From the NCBI RefSeq assembly GCF_036365525.1, contig NC_090418.1, forward strand, positions 5,309,492-5,373,491: a DNA stretch of 64,000 bases, written 5' to 3'. The notes under the pieces were generated by a model. The model did no database searches. It was not told the origin of the DNA and saw only the letters and a list, made by a program, of their open reading frames with translations. A program made the position numbers and the translations under genes. Of this stretch, positions 1 to 12,888 are shown one piece after another. Within the stretch, counting starts at the first letter, position 1. Each line of letters begins with the position of its first letter. Source of the DNA: Heterodontus francisci. Lineage: Eukaryota.

Positions 1-670
1 GCTCAACGATTACATTGCTTTCCTCCCTGGTCTCCTGCCTGTATTAGATCCTGCACACACAGCCGGACTCTCAGCGCCAGTGCTGCTGCCCTCGAGGCAG
101 CTGCGGCGGGGAAAGAGACCATCACCCATGTCCTTTTGGAATGTGCAAAGGAGGTCTGGAAAGAGATGGAGTGGTTTTTGTCGAGGTTCATCCCGAGCAG
201 CTCCGTAGCACAGGGCTCAAGAGCTCTACAGCATGTTCACAGGGACGCACACCAAGATAAACATCAACTGCTGCTGGAGGACCATCAACTCGGTGAAAGA
301 CGCACTTTGGTCTGCCTGAAACTCGCTGGTCTTCCAGTGCAAGAAGCTGTCAATGACCAAGTGTTGCAGACTGGCACAATCCAAGGTCCAGGACTACCTG
401 CTGAGGGATGCACTAAAGCTTGGGCAACACCACAAAGGCTCAATGGGGAAAGACCACAGTCTAAGGCCCTCCCGCCATGGTGCACCAAGGGGCTGGAACC
501 TTTGAAAACCCTTCCAGGTTGTATGTTTGACATGAAATATATTGTAAGTGTAGTGCCTCACTACACCTCAGAGAGCCAGGTATTGTACTGAAGGAAACTG
601 AACTGTAATGTCAAATCTGAACTGTAATGTACTTTCACAAATTTTATGAATACAGTATATTTTTGGAAAA
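1..670 (+). mobile_element. 3' end of a degenerate Tx1/L1-clade non-LTR retrotransposon (ORF2 C-terminal zinc-binding region and 3' UTR)
   Basis: Frameshifted translation ETITHVLLECAKEVWKEMEWFLSRFIP...CWRTINSVKDALWSA...VQDYLLRDALKLG..QWGKTTV resembles Tx1-type ORF2 C-termini (ETxxHLxxxC..W motif). An A/T-rich 3' end lies near 640-670. Confidence 0.7.
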
Positions 671-689
671 AGACTGCTGTCTGTATCTT

Positions 690-1125
690 AACTCGCCCCA
701 AGTTCCATTCACTCATCACTCACTGTGCTCCCTAATTGACACTGGCTCCCGGTTAGCAATGCCTCAATTTTAAAATTCTCATCCTTGTTTTCAAATCACT
801 CCTTGTCCCTCCCTATCTCTCAAACCTCCTCCACACCTACAACCCTCCGGGAGTATTTGCTCTCATCCAATTGAGCAACCCTGATTTAATCATGCCACCA
901 TTGGTGGTCATGCCTTCAGCTGCATAGACCTAAGCTCTGGAATTCCCTCCTTAATCTTCTCTGCCCCTCTCTCCTCCTTTTAGACCCTCCTTAAAACCTA
1001 CATTTTTGACCAAGCTTTTCGCCACTTGCCCTAATATCTCCTTATGTAGCTCGGTGCCAAATTTTGCTTGATAATACTCCTGTGAAGCACCTTGGGATGG
1101 TCAAATACATTAAAGGTGCTTTTAT
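690..1125 (+). mobile_element. L2-type LINE/SINE 3' tail fragment
   Basis: Contains the motif cactggctccc...caattttaaaattctcatccttgtt...taagctctggaattccctcc. The same tail recurs at ~4095-4640(-), 18640-18940(-), 42770-43070, 45000-45400, 48340-48740 and 58880-59280. Confidence 0.65.
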
Positions 1126-1958
1126 CAGCAGTAACGTTTAATGACAGTCGGGATGTCCTGACTGACACTATGCGGGTTGTGAGTTAGGGGCACAACCAAA
1201 TGTTGGCCTTCTCAGAGGAATTTGAAATATAACGATGTTTGCCTGTACTCTGCATTCACAATCAGAGATAAATGGGCACTGAAAAATAGGAACAGGATGA
1301 GGCCATTCAGCCCCCCAACCCCATTCCGGCATTCACTGAGATCATGGGTGATCAATGATCTAACTTCACATACCTGTGCCCCAAATCCCTTAATACTTCT
1401 GGTTAACGAAATTCTATCATTCTTGGATTTAAAATTAGCAATTGACCCAGCATCAACTGCTGTTTGCAGAAGAGAATTTCAAATGTCCACCAGCCTTTGT
1501 GTGTAGAACTGTTTTGTGAAGCTTATTTTGCTCCCCTCATTTGCTGCTCCTTACCCCCCTGCCACCGCACCACCTGCGGCTGTAAGAGAGGCTGTTATTC
1601 CTCCCTCACTGACTTCCCCCTCCAACCCCCACCAATCCCTTGGCGCCCATTCTGGCTGAAATTGGCCGACAGTTAATGCCAGCTATTGTACGGCACGAGA
1701 CATCACAGCCAAACCTGATTCCACACTCACTGAGCATGCAGAATCAGCCAATGACCAGCAGCGGTAACCAAAGCTGATTTCCCCCTCCCACCCCAACCTC
1801 TGCAACCAAAATTGCAGCCTCCACCTGCTCCCCCAGTGAACATCGGCTAACTCGCTCCACGCCTGGGTATACAGCCTGATAAATCCGCTGGATAAATTCA
1901 TCTGGGTGGGTGTTGGAGGTAGAAAGCAGGTTATCCCCAGCCCAGCGCCCGAACTCAC

Positions 1959-2049
1959 CAGGTGGTTGTACGGCCTGAAGGTTGCCCGCAGGTCCCCGTA
2001 GAAGGCGTCCCAGATGTGAATCGGGTTGTCGCGACTGCTGCTGGCCAGG
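1959..2049 (-). CDS. WRAP53: WRAP53 coding exon 5 (91 bp): (F)[30 protein letters not shown]
   Basis: Acceptor ...ttcgcag at 2051-2050 and donor GTGAGT from 1958. Phase 2 in matches the previous exon. WD40 motif. Confidence 0.95.
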
Positions 2050-3762
2050 CTGCGAAAGCAACGGCAACAGTGCACTGTTTACAAGCTGTACCCTGACCGC
2101 TGTCTCACTTCGCGTTTCAGCAGTTCCGCGGATTCACGTATACAAAGAAACCGGCCACCAAAATTAAGACATTTTGAACTGAATGTGGTTTTGTAGAAAG
2201 CAGGGTTCACTGTGCTGTACAAATAAGGCTGATACAAAAACCCACAAGTACTGGAAAGATATTGCAGCTCAGTCAATATCACACAGAATGTACAGCACAG
2301 AAACAGGCCATTTAGTTCAACAAGTCCGTGCTTGTGTTGATGCTCCACACAAACATCCTCCCAAACCTCTTCATCTCACCCTGTTAACATATCACTGAAT
2401 CATAGAACAGTAGCACACAGGAGGCCATTCAGATCACCTTTCAAAGCGTAATCCAGTTAGCCTCCCACTCTTTCCCCATACCCTTGCAATGTTTTTATCC
2501 TTGAAGTATTTATCCAATTCTCTTTTGAAGGCTACTATTAGGCAGTGCATTACAAATCTAACCACTCCTTGCGTAAAAAATGTTTTTCCTCGTATCGCCT
2601 CTGGCTCTTTTGCCAAACATCTGAAATCCGTGCCCTCTGGTTAATGACACTTCAACCACTGGAAACAGTTTCTCTTTGTTTACTCGGTCTAAACTCTTCA
2701 CGATTTTAAATACCTCCATCAAATCTCCTCTTTGTCCCCTCTGTTCTGCTCTATGGATTCTTTACAGAGTCACTGAGCACTGAAAGTAATTTTTTCCCCT
2801 CCTTTCTCCCTCATGTAGTTCTCCAGCTTCCCCTTAAATGCAGCTACGCTATTTGCCTCAACCACTCTCTGTGATAGCGAGTTCCACATTCTCACCACTC
2901 TCTGGGTAAAGCAGTTTCTCCTGAATTCCCGATTGGATTTATGAGTGACTATCTTATATTCATTGCCCCTCGTTTCAGACTTCCCCACAAGTGGACATAG
3001 AGAAGATGTTTCCACATCAGTGAAGTGAGAGGACAGGATAGTGATGTTTCTGGTATGTTTTTCTTCATCACAAACATTTCCAGCATTATTATGTCTTATT
3101 CTGGATTCCGCTGAGGTTTAATTGAGATGTTCAAAATGGTTTTGATCAAGTAAATAGGGAGAAACTGTTTCCACTGGCAGGAGTGTAGGTAACCTCAGGA
3201 GGCAGATTTAAGATAATTGGTAAAAGAACCAGAGGGGAGATGAGGAAAACGTAATTTTTTTGAAATGAACCAAGTTGTTGTGATCTGGAATACACTGGCT
3301 GAAAAGGCAGTGGAAGCAGATTCAATAGTAACTTTCAAAAGGAATTGCATAAATACTTCAAATGGAAAATTTTGCAGGGCTGTGGGGAAAGAGGGGAGCA
3401 GTGGGACTAATTAGATAGTTCTTTCACAGAGCTGGCACAGGCATGATGGGCTGAATGGCCTCCTGCTGTGTTGTATGATTATAAGATTAAAAACCTCTCT
3501 CATTGTAGGTGACACAGGAGAAATCTGGCACTTAGTTTAATGGTCCGCAGTCATTCCAAGAGTGCAAAATTCTAACATTTAAGAGAAGAGTAAACCTGCT
3601 TTACTGAATAACTAATGGCCTGATATAATTTGCATAATCTCAAAGCTGTGTGCCCCTGCCATATTGTTAGCGGGTTAAATTCGGTGGTGTAGCGTTGGGG
3701 AATATGGACTCTTCAAACCAAATATCAAATATACAGAATCTACAGTAATACTCTAGACTTAC

Positions 3763-3851
3763 AAACAGGTTTCAGGAGTCATCGAGGACATGGCTGGGTA
3801 CCAGCAATAATCATATATGGTATCTCCTTCAGACATACGCAGGACAGCACT
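3763..3851 (-). CDS. WRAP53: WRAP53 coding exon 4 (89 bp): [29 protein letters not shown](F)
   Basis: Not in the ORF track; translated by hand. Acceptor tttgcag, donor GTAAGT, phase 0 in and 2 out. Contains the characteristic [11 protein letters not shown] motif. Confidence 0.95.
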
Positions 3852-5840
3852 CTGCAAATTCAAAGACAGGAGATAAGGTCAAAGGCAAATGAACTAGAGG
3901 CGAGACCAGGAGAATTTTTTTTTAAAACGCAGTGTTATGATGATCTGGAACGCGCTGCTTGAAAGGGCAGTGGAAACAGACTCAATATTAACTTCCAAAA
4001 GGGAATTGGATAAATACTTTAAAGGAAAAATACTTGCAGGGCTAATGAGCAGGGTGGGAGTGGGACTAATCAGAAGGCTCTCACAAAAGGCTGAATAACA
4101 ACTTGCATTTATATATCATCTTTAACATACTAAAATGTCTCAAGGCACTTTACAAAAGCGTTATCAAACCAAATTTAACATTGAGCTACATAAGGAGTAT
4201 TAGGACAGATGACCAAAAGCTTGGTTAAAAAGATACGTTTTAAGGAGCATTTTAATGGAGGATAGAGAGTTAGAGAGGCGGAGAGCTTTAGGGAGGGAAT
4301 GCCAAAGCTTAGGGCCCAGGTTGAAGGCACAATGCCAATGGTAGAGCGATTAAAGTCAGGAATGCACAAAAGGCCAGATTTGGAGGAATTCAGAAATCTT
4401 GCAGGGTTGTGTAGGGCTGGAAGAGGTTAGAAAGATAGGGAAGGAGTGAGGCCATGGAGGTATTTGAAAATTGAGGCGTTGCTGAACTGGGAGCCAATGT
4501 GTGTTGGCACGCACAGGTTGTGATGGATGAATGGGACTCAAGTTTATGGCAGGTAAAAGGTGGGAGGTTGGCTAGGACAGCCAACTGAAATAGTCAAGTT
4601 TAGAAGTGACAAAGGCATGAATGAGGGTTTCAGCTGCAGATGAGCTGAGGTGGGGGGGGGGGGTAGAGGGGAGACGTTGCCATTTATATTTATTTATAAA
4701 CAACATCCATACGAAATGGCAGCAGAAGTAGGCAATTCGGCCACTCAAAATTTGCTCTGCCATTCAAAAAGATCATGGCTGATCTTCGACATCAACTCAC
4801 TTTGCCACTCGATCCCCATATCCCTGATTCCCTTTGTGTCCAAAAATCTATCATGCTCAGTCTTGAATATACTCGGCGACTGAGGATCCACAGCCCTCTG
4901 GGATAGAGAATTCCAAAGATTCACAACCCTCTGAGTGAAGATATTTCTCCTCACCTCAGTCCTAAACGTGTGATCCCTTATCCTAAGGCTTCCAGACTCT
5001 CCAGCCAATGGGAAACAGCTTCTCAGCATCAACCTTCTCAAGCCCTCTAAGAATGTTCCACATTTCAATTGGGAGGTCCCACCACTTAAAACATCCACAT
5101 TTAAAACTGGGGAGTGGCTTAAATTGACCAAAAGAACAAAAAATAAATTTGCAATAACACCAGTTTCAAGTTACCAGTTCCAGCTCGATTAAGCAAGCAA
5201 GCAGAAACAACTCTGCTTCCTCACTAGTTGGCACCTTGCTCAGGTGCACAGAAAGCAGGAACGTCATTAAATGATTTAAACGAACCTACTGTAATTCCAT
5301 TGCAGGCAGCATGGTTTGGTGTCTTCAATAGCGAAATTCTGTATACAATACTTAGCACTATATGTAACCGAGCAACTCTTACACATGCACAGCAAGTCTC
5401 ACATGTGAATCACTACCTCCTGATTCTCCTGTATTATGGATGGTGCTGATAATCCCTACCAAGATGCGTCTGTCCCCAAAACATCTAGCAGCAGCAAAAA
5501 CCCCCTATTAAGATGACGGGAGTTTTCCATCATAGCCCGTGACAGCACCCATTGCGTGTAGCAGGCTCCAACCTGCCCAGTATAAAGAGTGGGTACTGTA
5601 GCCTGGGAAGAGAACAGAGGAGGACGTTGGAATCTGGCTGGCTTGCGACATTCACTGTAGTTGGGGTAAAGGTGCCCTCAGGGCTCATGGGGCCCTGCCC
5701 TGCTGAATCGCACTCTGGCAGAACGCAAAGGCTTCAGGAGGGGAGAAATTTGGGATTGGGGTGGGGAAACCTATTTTTTCCTCTCTCCCTCTGAGTCTGC
5801 GTAGAAGATAAGAATGGCATAGGGGATAAAAAGCAGATAC

Positions 5841-5949
5841 CATTTCTGGTAGGTCATCCCACTCTCCCTTATACAGCTCAGACGGGAGGTTAAAGATCCG
5901 CAGTGTGTTGTCAGCGCTGTTGGTCAGAATGCAAGAACCATCCGGGGCC
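5841..5949 (-). CDS. WRAP53: WRAP53 coding exon 3 (109 bp): (W)[36 protein letters not shown]
   Basis: Acceptor ttcatcctag, donor GTATCT, phase 2 in and 0 out. Confidence 0.95.
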
Positions 5950-7094
5950 CTAGGATGAAAGAAGACAGACAACATGACAAGTTGAGTACAGAACAGATGC
6001 TTCTGTTGAATCTAATTCAGACTACAAATGAACATAGGAAAAGCAACCACGCAGACACCTGCTTCAGAATCACTGAACTTAAAAGACACCAAAATATCTC
6101 CAGAACAAGACGATGACGTAAAATATGCTGAGAATCAATTTGCCTTACCAGCTACAGTAATCACACTTCAAAAAGTACTTAATTGGCTGTGGGACGCTTT
6201 GGGACATGCTGATGTCACGAAGAGTTGATCTGATCCATTTTTTCTGATAGGGTAGATAAAGAGAAGCTATTTCCGCTGGTTGGGGAGTCTAGGACTGGGG
6301 ACATAGTCTAAAATTAGAGCCAGACCTTTCAGGAGTGAAATTAGGAAACACTTCTACACGCAAAGGGTGGTAGAAGTTTGGAACTCTCTTCCATAAACAG
6401 CAATTGGTGCTGTATCAGTTGTTAATTCTAAATCTGAAATTAATAGATTTTTGTTAACCAAAGGTATTAGGGGATATGGGGCAAAGACGGGTATGTGGAG
6501 TTAATCGCACATCAGCCACAATCTCAGTGAATGGTGGAACAGGCTCGGGGGGCTAAATGTCCCCCCTCCTGTTCCCATGTTCCTAGTGTCTTTGGGATTC
6601 AGGCAGAGAGGGATATCACAGCCTGCTGCACACCGAGTTCGCAAGGACAGTCTCATGGCTAAATCCCAAACTGACCCATGCCATAATGGGAAGGTGGTGA
6701 GTGGAGCCCAGGCACTGGAAGGTGGGAAGAAAGGGGTGGTTGGGGGGGAGACAAAGATGGGGATGGGAGAGGGCAGAAAAGAAAAGCCTTTAAAAAAAAA
6801 TCTGTAAGTTTAAAAATAGAGGAATAGAGCATAAAAGCAAACAAGCTTTTATAAATCACCAATTGGGCGTCAGTTGGAGTTTTGAGTCCAATTTTGAGCA
6901 CCACACTTTAGGAAGGATGTCAAGTGCTTGGAGAGGATGCAGAGGAGATCTACCAGAATGATACCAGGGATGAGAGACTTCAGTGATGTGGAGAGACTGG
7001 AGAAGCTGGGATTGATCTCCTTACAACAGAGAAGGTTAAGAGGAGATAATAGAGGTATTCAAAATTATGAAGGGTTTTGATAGAGTAGATAGGG

Positions 7095-10000
7095 TGCGAG
7101 GGTCAAGGATGTCACAGAGTGGGGAGGGTGAACAGTCAGAGGTCGTGGTTCACATTGGTACCAACGACATAGATAGAAAGAGGGATGAGGTCCTGCGACA
7201 AGAATTTAGGGAGCTAGGTAGCAGATTAAAAAGCAGGACCTCAAATGTTGTAATCTCTGGATTACTCCCGGTGCCATGTGCTAGTGAGTTTAGGAACAGC
7301 AGGGTAGAGCAGATGAATGCGTGGCTGAAGAGATGGTGAAGAGTTTACTGGATCACTGGATCTATTTCTGACGAAGGTGGGACCTGTACAAATTGCACCT
7401 GAACCGGAACGGGACCAACATCCTTGCTGGGAGGTTTGCTAGTGCTGTTGTGGAGAGTGGGGGGGATTTAAAATAATTTGGCAGGGGGATGGGATACAGA
7501 GTGGAGTTACAGTACGGGGTGATGCACAGTCAAATATAGAAGAGAAACTGAGTCAGTCTGGAAGACAGAGCAAATATAGGTCTGTTAAGGCACAAGTGAA
7601 AAATGCAAGGCTGGATTGCATCTATTTTAACGCAAGGAATCTTACCAGTAAGGCAGATGAGTTGAGGGCATTGATGTATTGATATCACAGAGACATGGTT
7701 GAGGGAGGGGCAGGACTGGCAGGGTATTCCAGGGTATAGAATCTTCAGGCGTGACAGGGGAAGGTGTAAAAGAGGAGGTGGTGTTGCACTGTTGATCAAG
7801 GAGTCAATTACTGCAGCAAGGAGGGCTGATATCTCAGAAGGCTCCTCAAATGAGGTCATATGGGTAGAACTTAACAACAAAAAGGGGGCAGTCACTTGGC
7901 TGGGAGTGTACTACAGGCCTCCAAACAGTCAGGGAGAGATAGAGGAGCAGATATGTAGGAAATCGCAGAGAGGTGTAAAAATAATAGGGTAATAATAGGG
8001 GTACAAGATGATGAGAGGCATAGAGTGGATAGTCAGAGACTTTTTCCTAGGGTGGAAAGGGCTATCACCAGGGGGCATAATTTTAAGGTGATTGGAGGAA
8101 GGTTTCGGGGAGATGTCAGAGGTAGGTTCTTTACACAGAGAGTGGTGGGTGCGTGGAATGCGCTGCCAGCGGTGGTAGTAGAAGCAGATATATTAAAGGC
8201 ATTTAAGCGACTCTTTGATAGGTACATGGATGATAGTAGAATGAAGGGTAGGTAGTTAGTTTGATCTTAGAGTAGGTTAAAGGTTTGGCACAACATCGTG
8301 GGCCGAAGGGCCTGTACTGTGCTGTACTGTTCTATGCTCTATAATAGTAGGGGATTTCAACTTCCCCAATATCAACTGGGATAGTCTTAGTGCAAAAGGC
8401 TTAAAGGGGGCGAAATTCTTAAAATGCATAGAGGAGAGCTTTTTGAGCCAGCATGTAGAAAGTCTTATAAGAGAAGGGGCGGTACTGGGCCTAATCCTAG
8501 GAAATGAAGCCAGACAAGTGGTAGAAGTGTCAGTGGGGGTGCATTTCGGGGATAGTGACCATAATTCAGTAAGATTTAAGGTAGTTATGGAAAAGGACAA
8601 AGATGGACCGGAAATAAAGGTACTGAATTGGGGAAAGGCCAATTTCAATATGATCAAACAGGATCTGGCCAAAGTGGACTGGGAGGAGCTACTTGTCAGA
8701 AAGTCCACATCAGAACATTGGGAGTCATTCAAAGAGGAAATAGTGAGAGTTCAGAGCCAACATGTTCCCGTTAAGCTGAAGGGTAGGACCAACAAGTCCA
8801 GGGAACCCTGGATGTCAACAGATATCGGAGTTTGGATAAAGAAACAAAAAGGAGGCTTATGGCAGATTCAGAGCGCTGAAAAAAGCAGAGGCACTAAAGG
8901 AGTGTAGAAAGTGTAGGGAGGTTCTTAAAGTAATTAGGAGAGCGAAGAGGGGACATGAAAAAACACTGGCGGGCAAGATAAAGGAAAATTCCAAGGCTTT
9001 TAATAAGTATACCAAGGGCAAGAGTAGGGCCCAGTGGATAAATCCCCAGGCACAGATGAGATGTATCCCAGGCTGTTATGTGAGGCAAGGGAGGAGATAG
9101 CAGGGGCTCTGACACAAATTTTCAAATCCTCTCTGGCCACAGGAGAGGTACCAGAAGACTGGAGGACAGCGAATGTGGTACCATTATTCAAGAAGGGTAG
9201 CAGGGATAAACCAGGTAATTACAGGCCAGTGAGTCTAACATCAGTGGTAGGGAAACTATTGGAAAAAATTCTGAGGGACAAGATTAATCTCCACTTGGAG
9301 AGGCAGGGATTAATCAGGGATAGTTAGCATGGCTTTGTCAGGGGGAGATCGTGTCTAACTAACCTGATTGAATTTTTCGAGGTGGTGACTAGATGTGATG
9401 AGGGTAAAGCGGTTGATGTAGTCTACATGGACTTCAGTAAGGCTAGTGATAAGGTCACGCATGGGAGATTGGTTAAGAAGGCAAGAGCCCATGGAATCCA
9501 AGGCAATTTGGATCCAAAATTGGCTTAGTGGCAGGAGGCAGAGGGTGATGGTCGAGGGTTGTTTTTGCGAGTGGAAGCCTGTGACCAGTGGTGTACCACA
9601 GAGATCGGTGCTGGGACCCTTGCTGTTTGTAGTGTATATTAATGATTTAGACATGAACATAGGAGGTATGATCAGTATGTTCACAGATGACATGAAAATT
9701 GGTGGTGTCGTAAATAGTGAGGAAAGCCTTAGATTACAGGACGATCTAGATGGGTTGGTAAGATGGGCAGAGCAATGGCAAATGGAATTTAATCCTGAGA
9801 AGTGTGAGCATTTTGGGAGGACTAAAAAGGCAAGGGAATATACAATGGATGGTAGGACCCTAGGAAGTACAGAGGGTCAGAGGGACCTTGGTGTACTTGT
9901 TTGTAGATAACTGAAGGCAGCAGCACAGATACATAAGGTGGTTAGGAAGGGATACTTGCCTTTATTAGCCGAGGCATAGAATATAAGAGCAGGGAGGTTA

Positions 10001-10569
10001 TGATGGAGCTGTATAAAACACTAGTTAGGCCACAGCTGGAGTACTGTGTACAGTTCTGGGCGCCACACTATAGGAAGGATGTGATTGCACTGGACAGGGT
10101 GCAAAGGAGATTCGCCAGGATGTTGACTGGGCTGGAGCACTTCAGCTATGAAGAGAGACTGGAAAGGCTAGGGTTGTTTTCCTTAGAGCACAGAAGGCTG
10201 AGGGGGGACATGATTGAGGTATACAAAATTATGAGGTGCACTGATAGGTTAGATAGGAAGAAACTTTTTCCCTTAGCGGAGGGGTCAATAATCAGGGGGC
10301 ATAGATTTAAGTTAAGGGCAGGAGGTTTAGGGGGGATTTGAGGAAATAAATTTTCACCCAGAGGGTGGTTGGAATCTGGAACGCACTGCCGAGGGGTGGT
10401 AGAGGTAAGAACCCTCACAACATTTAAGTATTTAGATGAGCACTTGAAATGCCATAGCATACAAGGCAAAGGGCCAAGTGCTGGAAAATGGGATTAGAAT
10501 AGGTGCTTGATGGCCAGCGCAGACACAATGGGCCGAAGGGGCTGTTTCTGTGCTGTATAACTCTATGAC
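7095..10569 (+). mobile_element. 5'-truncated degenerate CR1 (HER1-like) LINE: end of ORF1 (SGNH esterase-like) plus ORF2 endonuclease and RT fragments
   Basis: Translated fragments include VVVHIGTNDI (ORF1), GYRIFRRDR..GGGVALLIK, GVYYRPPN, GDSDHNSV, GNYRPVSLTSVVGKLLEKI, SGVPQRSVLGPLLFVVYINDLD and FTDDMKI. Many frameshifts and stops; ctctatga-type tail. Confidence 0.92.
7999..8340 (+). mobile_element. Young CR1 3' fragment inserted inside the endonuclease region of the larger CR1
   Basis: FFTQRVVGAWNALP peptide and tgttctatg tail. TSD ATAATAG at 7992-7998 and 8341-8347. The host reading (NNRVIIVGDFNFP) resumes after it. Confidence 0.85.
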
Positions 10570-11324
10570 TAGATAGGGAGAAGCTGCTTCTGGTGGCAGG
10601 AGATAACCAGAGGACACAGATTTAAGGTAATTGGGAAAAGAATCAGAGGCGACATGAGAAAACATTTTTTTCTACACAGCAAGTTGTTGCGATCTGGAAT
10701 GCGCTGCCTGAGAGTGTGGTGGAAGGGGATTCAATAGTAAATTCCAAAAGGAATTGGATAAATATTTGAAGGGGAAAGGTTTGTAGGACTATGTGGAAAG
10801 AGCAGGGTGGAGTGGAGCTAATTGGATTTCTCTTTCAAAGAGCCGGCACAGGTACAGAATGGCCTCCTTCTGTACCATACACATCCCTCCTGCCTGGCTT
10901 CAGGCCACTTACTTGACTCGTTGGTCACGGATGGGGTGAAGAGCATGAGAAGAAGGCAGTAAACACAGACAGGTGTGGATTCAGCCAGTGAGTTGAACAT
11001 GTCCAAGAGAGTCCCAGGTCAATCTCTGGTACGAAGTACACCTGACCTCTGGGTCAGGGAAGCTAAATACATCAAATGGTAACCAGAGCTCCCGCTCCTA
11101 ATTGCCATTCAACAACTTGCATTTATACAGTGCCTTTGATGTAGTAAAACATCCTGAAGTCTGCTACTATCCCCTCACCGTTTACAATGTGAAGTGCAGG
11201 TGAGGGTAGGACTGGACTCACCCCAACTCCCCCATTACTAAACGCCTGCTAAAAGAGTCTGAGACACGTATACAGTTCACGGTCCTCAGAGCTCCGTGAA
11301 AGACGTTTCACATCTGCCACTTAC

Positions 11325-11423
11325 CACTTGCAGCCCTTCAAGAAGTTTTCTGTCACACCTGTGTACTCTGCCCATGCGCCTGTGAGAAGCTGAGGCACTT
11401 GGGTGAAATCATACCCGGCCTGA
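11325..11423 (-). CDS. WRAP53: WRAP53 coding exon 2 (99 bp): (S)QAGYDFTQVPQLLTGAWAEYTGVTENFLKGCK(W)
   Basis: Acceptor ctgttttccag, donor GTAAGT, phase 2/2. Contains the ENFLKGCKW motif. Confidence 0.95.
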
Positions 11424-11679
11424 CTGGAAAACAGCAGAAAGAGCAGACACATTAGAACTAAGAGATATTTATCAGCACATGAGAATAACACTATGGACAC
11501 AAGTACTCCACAACCCAGTGTCGCCACTAGAAGTTCAGTGAAGTGCACTGGTTGGGCTGGGTGCGTGCGAAATATCATCACTGCATAAATCACCCAGCAG
11601 TACGATTCTGGACTCTGTACTTCCAGACTTAACAGTGTTTGAAAGGAGCATTCTGAACTGTGCAAGGGTGAATTACTGC

Positions 11680-12060
11680 TGTCAGCTGTGGCTCAATGGG
11701 TAGTATTCTCGCCTTTGAATCGAATGGCCATGGGTTCAAATCCCACACCAGAGACTTGAGCAGAAAAATTGAGGCTGACTCACTTGGTGCGAGTGCTGAG
11801 GAGGTGCTACACTGTCAGAGCTGCCATATTTCAGAAGAGACATTAAAAACCAAGGCCTCTTCTGCCCTCTCCGGTGGATGTAAAAGATCCCACAGCCACC
11901 ATCTGAAGAGCAGCAGGGGACTTCTCCCCAGTGTGCTGGGCCAATATTTATCTTTTAAACTGGCTGCCTACTGGCTTGCCTACAACAGTGAATGCACTTC
12001 CAAAAGTACTCCATTGGCTGTAAAGCAAGGTAATAAAAGGTGCTATAGAAATGCAAAATA
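11680..12060 (+). mobile_element. tRNA-derived SINE (Deu-domain/SacSINE1-like) with L2-type tail
   Basis: A box tggctcaatgg and B box ggttcaaatcc, central conserved body, tail aaaggtgctatagaaatgcaa. Related copies at ~32460-32800, 39455-39935(-), 41540-42230, 49090-49540(-), 51770-52060(-), 54060-54400(-), 57535-58240 and 61375-61730(-). Confidence 0.7.
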
Positions 12061-12496
12061 TGCACGACCATGGCAAAAGAGCAGGGGAGTGGGACTAATT
12101 AGATAGCTCTACCAAAGAGCTGACATGGGCATGATGGGCTAAATGGCCTCATTCTGTTCTGTATGAGTCTATGTACCCGTATCATTAATCTGCTGTCAAT
12201 CCCAGAGCCACAATTCAAGGTCTAAGAGCAGAGACCAGTGAAATAATGATCGCGAGCTCAGGGACATTGGGCATGTCACGTGGATGAAGGCTGGGACTGT
12301 GTACATCTGTATCTCAGTACCACATCAAGTGCTGCATTCATACACTCAAAGGCACTGTACAAATACAAATCCTTTCTTGGTACAGGTCACTGGCAAAAGT
12401 TCACTGAGCCATTGGGTAAGAAACCAGAATAGACTTTCACCCCAAAGGTGAAAGGCCAGAACTTAACCCAGGGCACTGTCCAGTCTCCTGGATCAA

Positions 12497-12800
12497 TTCC
12501 GCCATTATCACTCTCTCTGGACTAATGCTTTGTCTTTTGCCACAACCATTAGCACTCCCTTTGCCTTTGTCCCATGACATCTTTGTCATTTAACCTCCCC
12601 TGCCCTCTGCCCTATCACACACCTTCCATTTTGTTCTCTTCCGCCCCCCTGTCCCCACCAACTTCACTTGCTTAAAGCCTATTACATTTCTAACCTTTGC
12701 CAGTTCTGATGAAAGATCACAGACCTGAAACGTTAACTCTGCTTCTCTCTCCACAGATGCTGCCAGACCTGCTGAATATTTCCAGCACTTTCTGTTTTAT
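12497..12800 (+). mobile_element. Penelope-like element 3' terminal (pLTR) fragment
   Basis: Near-identical to the 3' part (34150-34465) of the GIY-YIG-bearing copy. Flanked by near-TSD TCYTGGATCAA (12486-12496 / 12801-12811). Confidence 0.8.
12701..12741 (+). ncRNA. Minimal type I hammerhead ribozyme motif in the Penelope pLTR
   Basis: agtt-CTGATGA-a-agatc-aca-gacct-GAAA-C-GTT-aact. Intact core, 4-bp stem I, stem II with one mismatch, and a loop-less palindromic stem III (ACGT) of the kind found in dimeric PLE hammerheads. Confidence 0.7.
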
Positions 12801-12888
12801 TCTTGGATCAAATATTGTGAAACCGGTTGCAAATGTAAGGACTCCCAACACATTTTGAATTTTACAACAGTGATGCTGAGTTACTTAC

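Larger units (their letters stand above)
6830..10880 (+). mobile_element. Older CR1 LINE 3' fragment, split by a large CR1 insertion
   Basis: CR1 3' sequence at 6830-7094 (...aaaattatgaagggttttgatagagtagataggg) resumes at 10570 (tagatagggagaagctg...). TSD TAGATAGGG at 7086-7094 and 10570-10578. Confidence 0.8.

Noticed and set aside
11680-11760. tRNA gene (A and B boxes)
   Set aside because: No convincing cloverleaf, and it continues into a SINE body repeated many times in the window.
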